Of a DNA stretch of 64,000 bases, positions 13,161 through 22,836 are shown in pieces. A program made the translations under genes and the position numbers. Position 1 is the first letter of the stretch. Every line of letters begins with the position of its first letter. Origin of the DNA: Ramazzottius varieornatus (taxonomy: Eukaryota; Animalia; Tardigrada); NCBI GenBank assembly GCA_001949185.1, contig BDGG01000011.1, forward strand, positions 951,552-1,015,551, in the 5' to 3' direction. The notes beneath the pieces were generated by a model. It did not search any database, was not told the DNA's origin, and worked only from the letters and a program-made list of their open reading frames with translations.

Positions 13161-14445
13161 CAGGGTGTTCCCTATAAGTTGGAACGATTTTGAACGCGAA
13201 CCAAAAAATCGCTAATCAACCGATTTGATTGATTCTCAAATCAACTGATTGGCAATTTTGTGGGCTTTCTTTCTGTCATTTTGGTTTTCTCTCAAAGTTG
13301 AAGATGCCTTCTCCGATCTCTGAAGACCTCAGAGTCCGTATTTTGGCTCTGAGAAGACTGAATTACAGTTGTAGTATGACAGTGAAAGCTCTGGTGAAGG
13401 AAGGGTATAGCTTGGCGAAATCTACAGTGTCTAGAGTATGGAAGAGCGTTGGGATCGAAGCCTGCAAAAAATCACCGGCGAAGATTGAGAAGAGGAAACC
13501 TCGGACACCGGTTATTAGGACCCCTACCAAAATCCGGAAAATTGCCGACCTTTGCTCGAGCGACGATCCTATTCCGCAAAGATCGATAGCAGCCAGGGTA
13601 TTTGTCTCTCTTCATACGGTAACTACCATTGTCCATCAAGATCTAGGTGCGAAGGTGCGGAAAAAGACAAAAGTCCATTACCTGACCGAAAAAGCGAAGA
13701 AGCAAAGAAAAGATCGTGCCCGTCACTTCCATGAGCTCATTTCCAACAACCTCGAGTACATCCTGACGATGGATGAAGCTATACTACCGTCGGACTTCAA
13801 GAACGGCAAGACAGATTTTGTTTATTTGTCGAAAAAAAATGTAGAAGATGGTCGGGTTGTACCCCCCTCAGTAAGATCACCCGGCTTCCCCCTTCAACGT
13901 ATGTTTGCAGCTGGATTTTCGTACCGTGGACAGACTCGCCTCTACGCTATTCCCAGGAAAGCCAAGGTCAATGCCGATGTTTTCATCCAAATGGTCTTGC
14001 GGCCAATGTTCGATTTCGATGTGCCAAATTTGTACGGAACTGATGCGCACAAAGTCATCTTCCACATGGATTGCGCCCCTTCCCACACCGCCAAAAAGAC
14101 TGTCGCATGGCTCCGAAGCCGAGGAATCAAGTTCATAACGAAGCCAGAGTGGTTGGCGAATAGTCCAAACGTGTCTTCGATGGATTTCTTCACAAACGGC
14201 TACCTCAAGAAAAAACTTTCCCATCGAACGTATTCGACCGAAGCCGGCATGAACAAGGCTGCAAAAGACGAGTACAAGAAAATCCCTTTGGGGATGTTTA
14301 GAAATTCTCTCGATTCCTGGCCTGCTCGAGTTCTTGCTATTTACAAGGCCACGGGCTCGCAAGCCCCAAATTATTAGAATAAAATCACCGCTGGGTAAAT
14401 TTCTATTCGCGCTCAAAATCGTTCCAACTTATGGGGAACACCCTG
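13161..14445 (+). mobile_element. Complete Tc1/mariner superfamily transposon, DD37D (maT) type, 1285 bp
   Basis: TIR CAGGGTGTTCCC(T/C)ATAAGTTGGAACGATTTTGA at both ends, TA target-site duplication, single transposase ORF. Confidence 0.95.
13304..14377 (+). CDS. DD37D/maT transposase (357 aa, uninterrupted)
   Basis: N-terminal HTH-like region (MPSPISEDLRVRILALRR). Catalytic TMDE...HMD-x37-D, in SPNVSSMDFF. Confidence 0.92.
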   Translation: MPSPISEDLRVRILALRRLNYSCSMTVKALVKEGYSLAKSTVSRVWKSVGIEACKKSPAKIEKRKPRTPVIRTPTKIRKIADLCSSDDPIPQRSIAARVFVSLHTVTTIVHQDLGAKVRKKTKVHYLTEKAKKQRKDRARHFHELISNNLEYILTMDEAILPSDFKNGKTDFVYLSKKNVEDGRVVPPSVRSPGFPLQRMFAAGFSYRGQTRLYAIPRKAKVNADVFIQMVLRPMFDFDVPNLYGTDAHKVIFHMDCAPSHTAKKTVAWLRSRGIKFITKPEWLANSPNVSSMDFFTNGYLKKKLSHRTYSTEAGMNKAAKDEYKKIPLGMFRNSLDSWPARVLAIYKATGSQAPNY

Positions 14446-14510
14446 TAGTCATTCTCTGCCCGCTCGTTTTCTGACTTTGTCGTTTGCTTCCCCAAATTAA
14501 GTATTTTGCT

Positions 14511-15764
14511 TTACTCTTCATGAAACATGGCTGGAAGGTAGCCCAAAGGCCGCTCGAAGGTGTCGAAGCCAATTCTGAAAAGTGAGAACAATGGTCCAAT
14601 ATTGCATATCTGCTTAGCCGACATTGCTAAAAACAAGCTACTGCTACTGTACCATCGTTTGTCAGACAGTGCGTGCTAAGTTAAGAGCAGAGATAAGCTA
14701 CCTGTTAGCCTTCCACAAATCTTCGTGAGACTTCTGAGCTTCCGTCATGACCCAGGTCATGTGTAATACTGGATCCCCAGCCGCATTAGCCAGACCTGCT
14801 CACAAAGCGGATGAGCACGAATAAGTAAAAGTAATGAGAAATTTTAGGTGCAGTCCACTCGCTCGAAATCAGCACAATATCTTTCGGTTTCAGTTTGAGG
14901 CCTGCCAGACATTTACCACAGTGCCTGCCAAGCTAGAGGCGAAAATTACATAACACATGCATTACAACATGTTTTAAGCAGTGTAATCAAGTAATCAGGT
15001 GACAAGTTAATGACTGTGTGGGCATGGCGAGCAGTATCATTAATTTTGAATGATTTCGTGTTTTGAACTCGGGAAATTTGTACGGATTTCGAGCGAGGGG
15101 AGTATATATTCGATTTTGTACAGTTATGCTTTGGCTCTACAGAAGATTGCTGTGAACCCGTACATTGGCCGGTCCATGTTGTGATGCTCGATGGAGTCCA
15201 AAGTTCCACGGCTGACCTCGTCTTCTCTTTCTTGTTCCAGATCACGCGGAAAGTGATCAGTCCAGACTGGGTTGCTGTACCTCGCACCTCATTACTGACC
15301 GACATTTCTGTAAGAAAATTCTTCTTTATTAGGCAAAGCATACGTGTGAATAAGCGGTAATAGATTGTAATGAAAACAAGGCTTGGAAAACTGTACTAAC
15401 GTAATTTATCCGTGTCGTTACAGCCAGGTAGATGTACTCTAGTCTGGAACGATCCGCCGAACGCAATGGGGTATGCTGAGTTGGCAAGCCTTCTGAGAAT
15501 CAGCTTCGATTTATGTTGGTTATACCATGTTCCGTTCAAAAACGTGCAGACGGGCAGAAGATCACGAGTAAGATGACTGTTTGTTCGAGAATGATACTGA
15601 TGGATGTCATCATCGAGCTCGGTGTTACCGGAAGAACGTTTGACGAGGCCGGGATATCCGTCGCGGTCTCTCGAATGGTCATCTGGATCCCGCTCTGCAT
15701 ACAACGATCCGGTACAAAATATTGCGACGTAAAAAGCCGAGAAAAGGACCGCGGTCCAGTGCAT
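14511..15764 (-). CDS. Secreted avidin-family protein with N-terminal pro-region; exons 15764-15401, 15307-15164, 14795-14702, 14574-14511 (221 aa)
   Basis: Signal peptide MHWTAVLFSAFYVAIFCTGSLYA. The spliced product has avidin motifs CTFLNGTWYNQHKS, FGGSFQTRV, ITFRVIW, SITTWTGQC, VLHMTWVMT and DLWKANRIGFDTFER. All three introns are GT-AG and phase-consistent (666 nt total). Confidence 0.88.
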
Positions 15765-16651
15765 TATTATTATGCTGACAGAGCGCTGAATGACAAATGT
15801 ACACAAGGTTCTCGCAGGGGTCCCCAGCACTTGCTTTTTACCGATACCTCCAAAAGGAATCCACCAGTGTGCATTCATGTAGTACTGTTATTTGTTTCCT
15901 GCCACCTACTGTCTCGGTTGTGATTCATCTAGATCAAAGCTGGACAATTAGAGTTCGCATATCGAAGGCCACTTTCAGGTTCAAACTCCAGCTGCTGATG
16001 CCAACCTCCAAACTAACTTAGCTAGGAAGTGACAGCGGTCCTGCGGGTTCCTGTAGGGACATTCACCCTCGAAGCCTTGGTACTTCTGATCGACCCCGCC
16101 AGTGGATCTGAATGCATTGCGCCAACTTATCATTCTAGAAACAGCAATATTCATGTTGATGTTGATACATGTTGATACATGTGCATGTGTATGACCGCAC
16201 GCAAAGCTCAAAAATCTTCGGAGCCTATGCCGACGGTCGAATCACGCTTGAGCAAAAGATTAAATTTCGTTCGAGAAGATAAGCACAACAGACACGTACA
16301 TAAACTGAGAAAGTCAAGGTGGCGAACTTAAACTGCGCGTTTGGTTTGAGAAGTGAAGGTTCCATGCAGCTTCAGAACGCACAGAACTGAAATTATGTCT
16401 ACGGACGGTCATACGTGTGATCAAATCGATTCAATAGTCATTACACGGCAAGCGAAAATTCAAAACTAGAGCAAAGAATTCTCATAACAATGAGAGTCAC
16501 ACGGCGAAACGACATTCTGGCAAACTAGCTTCGTGGGTCTTCACAGTTATCCGCTTCAAAATTTAGTCTGACTTTTTCAATTGGTTGTTGGGTCGTGGAT
16601 TATTAACGTTCGGAGTAACTTCAACTTCCGCGTTGTATGGTTTCCTCGACC

Positions 16652-18440
16652 ATGGAAAAAACCTGGACTAGGATTATTCTGGCGGCTTCTCTCCATGGTA
16701 AGGCTTTCTTGCCGCCGAAGGTTCCGTCAATCTACCTTATAAAAGTTTACTGACAATACCGCCTTTGTTTGCAGCTCTTGTACTGGGTGCGCCCCTGAAA
16801 TCCAAAGATGTCACAGATGACACTAGCGATGAGTCCACAGCAGAAGCTCGAGGATACAATGCCAATCCACGCCAAAACTCGTACGGCAATCATGGCAATT
16901 CATATGGTGGAGGAGGCGGAGGTTACGGTGGCGTGAACGTGCCATCCTATCCAGGAGTGCCGGCTTCACCAGGTCTACCCTACTCCCCAGGTATACCACA
17001 GTCTCCGGGACTGCCTTACTCACCTGGTATACCTCACTCGCCCGGACTTCCATATTCACCGGGCATTCCAGCCTCTCCTGGACTACCTTATTCCCCAGGC
17101 TTGCCTCCGTCACCTGGGCTTCCATACTCGCCGGGTATCCCTGCCGCTCCCGGCTTGCCGTACGCACCTGGTTTGCCTCCGTCGCCCGGTCTGCCCTACA
17201 GCCCCGGACTTCCCCCAGCACCTGGATTACCCGGCGCACCAGGCCTCCCACCAGCGCCTGGCCTACCTTATGCTCCCGGCTTACCACCAGCACCAGGTAA
17301 CTGCAATACCCTTCTCACCCAAAAACGTTTAACGACGACTCTTAAAATAACTTAAAAAAGAACGTAATACAGTCCGCTCGATCGAAATCTGGTACCTATT
17401 TCTCCGATTTTGTTTTGAAGTCTGCTCTACATCGCCATACAGCACGACAAGCCAAGGCCGAAATTACATTAGACATAAATTACACCGTAGCTTTACTGGT
17501 GTGATCAAGTAATCAACCCGCATGTGGACCGGCTGTGTCGGTATGGCTCGCAGTATCGTTAATTTTGCACGATTTCTTTATTTTGAAATCGCAAAATCAG
17601 GTACTAGATTTCGAGCAACTGGACTGTAAAAAGTGTGACGAATTCTACTTTGCCCTCTGGTGTGAGGTAGATTAATCCTTCATAGGTCTTCCCGGTGCAC
17701 CCGGTCTTCCTCCTTCCCCTGGCCTTCCACCCGCACCTGGTCTTCCAGGAGCACCAGGCCTCCCTCCAGCACCAGGTCTTCCACCCGCACCCGGCCTGCC
17801 TGGCGCACCGGGTCTACCACCGGCACCAGGCTTTCCACCCGCACCCGGCCTGCCCGGAGTTCCCGGATTACCTCCTGCTCCTGGTCTGCCACCAGCGCCC
17901 GGACTACCCGGAGCACCTGGTCTTCCACCTGCCCCCGGGCTACCCGGAGCACCTGGTCTCCCACCTGCCCCCGGGCTACCCGGAGCACCCGGCCTACCAC
18001 CCGCTCCGGGCCTTCCTGGAGCTCCGGGCCTCCCACCGGCGCCAGGTCTTCCTTACGCACCAGGGCTACCACCTTCGCCAGGTCTGCCGTACTCCCCTGG
18101 CATTCCTGCCAGTCCCGGCTTGCCATATTCCCCAGGCATTCCAGCTTCGCCTGGACTACCTTATGCACCAGGCCTGCCACCTGTTGCATCTTATCCTGCT
18201 GTGCCAGTAAGTTCATTTCCATTTAACTGGCAGACGCAAGTGGAAGAATTTTGCAGCGTCCCTCAGTCTACAGGTACAAACATTGGGGCTCTACGCAGAA
18301 ATGACTTTGGTTTTTCTTCGTAGTCTGTACCATACGGACACTCGGGTAGCTCTTACGGATCGAAGAGCCATAGCTACGGCTCTGATAGTTCATCGAACAA
18401 CGGTTATGGTTCCTCTCAGAACGGCAGCTACCAAAGATAG
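16652..18440 (+). CDS. Secreted Pro/Gly-rich hexapeptide-repeat (PG[LI]Px[SA]) structural protein; exons 16652-16697, 16775-17296, 17686-18206, 18324-18440 (~401 aa)
   Basis: Signal peptide [22 protein letters not shown]. Roughly 45-50 hexapeptide repeats with varied synonymous codons, and Gly/Ser/Tyr-rich ends. Canonical, phase-consistent splice sites; an in-frame upstream ATG exists at 16637. Confidence 0.88.
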
Positions 18441-18782
18441 TATCATACTACGACGAACAATTTTTCAACCTGAGTTTCGGTATCCTGCGGAACGATTGAT
18501 TGCCTGTATCCTAATTTATCAAAGCGGTGTTGAACAGAAGGGATTGAAAAGTTGAAACGACAACTTAAAATTATCAGCGACTGTAAGAGTCCAAGCGAGC
18601 CACGAAGTTCGTCCGCGCAGCCACGCTGACGAACGCGGGTGAATAGTATGAATAGCCGAACATAACTAGGCTCGAATCGAAAGTAACAGACAACGAACTA
18701 ACTTAGCATACAAGATAAAATTCCGCTGTCTGCACCCAATCAGCGTTAACGGTCGACCATGTGCGAAGATATTTTCGACCAG

Positions 18783-21700
18783 CTACCAGCAAGTTTGTTC
18801 CACCAACTGCCGACGAATTTTCAGGCGCTCCGCCAACTCACCCATGAAATCCTTTTTGTGTGGTCGCGAATAGTTAGGCGCAGCTAAAATGAAGAAACGG
18901 TGTCCTGTAGCGCAATTACTACCCGCCGTAAAGTTTCCTTGAAAACACAGATCGACCTACCAGCTTTTGTGGGAGGTTCGTTTACTTCCAGGAAGGCAAT
19001 TCGCGACTTGACATTTCCCTTAAAGTGCGAAGCCAGCTCCGACGAGTCTTGGATGACTTCCTCATCTGTCGCAGCTGGAGTCGCAGCTGAAGTCGCTTTC
19101 TCCTCGCATTCCAGTGCAATTCGGAACAAGTTCTTCTCTGGTACGAACTGAGTTCGACGGTCAGGTAGCTTAGTCATTGCGCCTTTGGCCGCACTGACAG
19201 TGACGGTTGTTGGCTTTTTGTTGACCATACCACGCTGTCCGTTCGCATTCACCACGGTCTTGAGCGGTTGGCTCTTCACTACGGCTGGAGGCGGTGGTGG
19301 CGGCGGAATCGGACTAGTGTGTTGTGGAGGCGGAACGGTACTGTGCGCTGAAAAGGCCGATGACGATTTTGAAGCAGCGGACTGTGCTGACGCTTGGGAC
19401 GTTTGTGAAGCGACTGAAGTGGACTGCGAAGCTGGCTTATGTACAGCACATGGCGCTGGTTGCGGCTGACTGGCTTGATGAATATTCTCGGTAGATGCTC
19501 GGACTAATGGCTTATCAGCTTCTCGTTTCGTCGGTGTATGAACTGCTATCGGCTTGGCCAACATAGTAACTTGACTCGAAGCCGCTTCGTTGTCGTGAGA
19601 CTGTGATGGGACAACTAATGGTTTCTTGTCAGCTACCGGGGACAGTATAAGGCCAGGTTGGTTTTGGGCAGCTGACGCGCGTTCGAAGACTGGCGAAATT
19701 GTGGCTTGCGTTGTAACGATCTCTTTCGAGTTCTTCGGCTCGTCTTGTATGGAGAATTTCACCGTAGTGTGTCTTCGGTTGACTGGTGGAGAGTCTTCTG
19801 GCTCTGAGTTTGCTGCTGGTGGAGGTTTGATAAGCGGGATGGGTGACGGGATGTGATGTGGGCTGTTGCGAGAGTCGTTGGAGCTCAGGAAAGTACGGGT
19901 CTCGCCTTGGTCGTCATCGTTGTCGGGTAGGACCGTGATTTCGTCCGAGTTGGGGTCGTCGTGGCCGCGCTTGGAAATAACGCTCTTTGAGGTTGTGGCC
20001 AGAGGGCGCGGATGGGCGTTGGTCGAGCGGGGTGGGTCGTCTATGGGCGAGTGGGAGGAGTCGCGCGCGTGATCGTCATAGTCGATGGGCGGCTCTACGG
20101 ATACACTTTATCAGTATCGATAATGCCACAAGTATTCGTGAGAAATCAATACGTCGAGATTATTCCAGATTATTGCAAGCAATTTTTCCTCATTCTGATT
20201 TATCAACTCAAATTTTGAATAATTTTATTTCGACGATTTTTTTGGTGAATAAATGGCCACAATTTTTGGCCCGGATACAAATGGCAATAATTTTTGTGTT
20301 GCGGGAAAAATGCCTTCTAAAGCCGACAGTATGGGAAAAGAAATCGAAGAATTTCAATTTCTGAATGTGGACAACATGCATGTACGAGAACAGTGAAAAC
20401 ACCAAGAGAAGCTACTGTACCGTAGTGTGTTGAATACGGTGGCTGCTTGATTCCCAGCTTCTCCAGATCATTAGTAATGAAGCATTGTGCCAGTCCATCG
20501 GTCAGTTTAATGAAGTACTTGACAACATCGTTCAAGCATTTGAACTTGGGATGCTACAAAAGAGCAAAACACTGACATGGCCATCCTGAAGGGTGCGCAA
20601 AAGCGAGAAGGCACGATCGTCAAACGAGTGAGGCGTTGATGACGTGCGCCGCCACAGTCTTGCTTGGCCAACGTCACGCACGCATGACGTTGTCATGTAA
20701 TCGTTGCATGCCGAAGGTTACACCTGTCTAGGCTTGTCTCCACTCTTACCTTGCCTTCCATCTTGATTTCATAGTAGGTCTCTAGACTGTGCGACTTGGT
20801 GAAAGGGCCCACTTCGTAGTGAAAGATCTCCGTGTTGCGATTGAGAACGCTGCGGAACGACAGTGCGTAACTGTTGGGAAAAGTCGTGCTTCGCCGCATC
20901 AACAGGTTGCCGTACATGTGACCCAAGGTTAAGATCGCCTCAGCCATCTCCCGGGAAATATACTCGAAAAAGTAACTGCAACAAAAATCAGACGATATTT
21001 GCAAACTCGCATAGCCCGGATACAGACGCACCAAAGATCAATTTCTACAACGTCAAAAAATCTTGGATGAGAAGTTTCTGGTGTGGCGTAGAATGTAGAT
21101 ACAAGCTCAGAATTTTTGAAATTAATTTAACTAATATTGAAATTAATTAACTGCATCGAAAACTAGTTTCTCACTTTGACTTAGATCGCTAGAGATTGAA
21201 AACAACCGATACCTGGGAGCACCGCGCCCACCATCCTTGTAGAATTTGTGCCGGCTCGGCGCTTCCCTGTTGGGTATGGCCACTCCATACAGGCTCTTTG
21301 ATTTATGCATGGGTCCTCGCTGCTGCATGTTTTCCAGCTGCCGACTCTTCTGAGATGCCATTCGGCTCCTGTCGCCCACTCCCAGACGCCCGTCAGGGGA
21401 AAAGGCCGATGATCGGTGACCACTGCGTCTACGCTGTTCCATTTCCAACAGGCGTTCAATTTGCATAACTTGTCCAGGTAGCAAGAGGACGTTACACTCT
21501 GTTGGGCTTATTCCAGCGGCAACAGCCAGAATGTGGGCTTTCCACAAGTCCCTAATATCCGATGACTTGCACTATAAAACAAACCGACCACTCTAATGTG
21601 TCCGATTAACTTCAGACAAATTGGCCAGAAGAATATATCGGCGACTATTTGAACAGAAGACTGCTGTGAGTTTGTTGTCTGAAAGTTTGGCTAGTTGTGT

Positions 21701-22343
21701 CGTATTACCTTGAATTCATATTTGTGAACATGGCATGAAGTCTCCTCCTGCGTTGCCTGTGTCGTCTCATCTTCGGTGTCAGATGCGTGGCCCTGACCAT
21801 AAGCTGCCGTGGTGTGGATTTCAAACTTGACCATCCGCGATCGGTTGGGCGCTTTGATAGGAGCCTTTCCGGCGCCATTGGCAGTTGACGGAGTAGCGTT
21901 GCTGTGGAATGTGACACCGCGGTTCAGACGTATGGTGGCCTCTATCTGTGAAATATCCCAACGGAAATATTGTGATATCGAATCTGGCCGGCTGTGTTGT
22001 TGATATGAGATCTCAAGTTGAGGAGCTCAGGTTCGACAAGTGTTACACCGGTATGTCTGTTCAGTTGGTGTGGTACAGTACCTTTTCCAAGTGCTTCCGG
22101 TGGCGTATGGATAAATGACCGGGACGTAGTAGTCCTAAACAGCTTCTGTATTTCTGCCAAACAACAGCAGTGTTCATCAGGTAAGCTTCATACAAGCCCA
22201 GTGTGGCAGCGCCTACTCACTCCGTCGATTTTGAAGCTTAGTGGTCCATGAAAATACACATCAGGCTGTTCCAGTAAATTCCGATGTTTGATACCGGCTC
22301 GTGATATGGACATGTCATGTTGTTTCCTTCTTAGTATCCCCAT
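18783..22343 (-). CDS. STAP1/STAP2-like signal-transducing adaptor (PH + SH2 + long Pro-rich tail), multi-exon
   Basis: The PH C-terminus YEFK|CKSSDIRDLWKAHILAVA...LLLPGQVMQIERLLEMEQRRR matches the STAP LLPGQV motif. SH2: ISREMAEAIL...GNLLMRRS...YALSFR...HYEV...LNDVVKYFIKLTDG. The last exon ends FMGELAERLKIRRQLVEQTCW*. Some internal boundaries are approximate. Confidence 0.8.
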
Positions 22344-22836
22344 AGCGCTAAGCTAATTCCTCAAGCGTCCAAACACGGTACGTTCTACTGCTAGCCTTTT
22401 CAGATTACACCAAGCGATGCTGCGAGCGAAAAACAAATTCCTCGAGAAACTCCCAGAGGAGAATTTGATCAGTTTGATACATAGAGAGAAAGAGGAAAGA
22501 CGGAGAGTTGAGCCTCATCCGCTAGGCCTTTGGCGAACAACGCCTCGCTATTTCGTTCAACTGCAAGTGTAACACGAAGGGTCGTTGATGCCTGCAACAA
22601 TTAGATGCGCATTGCCACAGAAGCGGAAACATATCATTGAACAACATTTGCTTCTATTCTATGTATGGCAAAAGGCCTTGCTGACTCTTGACTGATCATG
22701 ACAGAAAGTTTGACCATTACAGTGTAATCAAGTCATTTGTGGAAATTCTAGAGGATACGTTAGAAGGTCGTTTGCCGCCGCGTTGGTTCTGGTTGTGGCG
22801 GCCCTTCGACTGATTGTTCTGTGAATGCAGCTGGGC

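Noticed and set aside
16775-18206. Collagen
   Set aside because: Invariant Gly has a period of 6; there is no continuous Gly-X-Y run.
16823-18222. Antisense and alternative-frame ORFs over the repeat gene
   Set aside because: By-products of the stop-poor Pro/Gly repeat; no independent gene signals.
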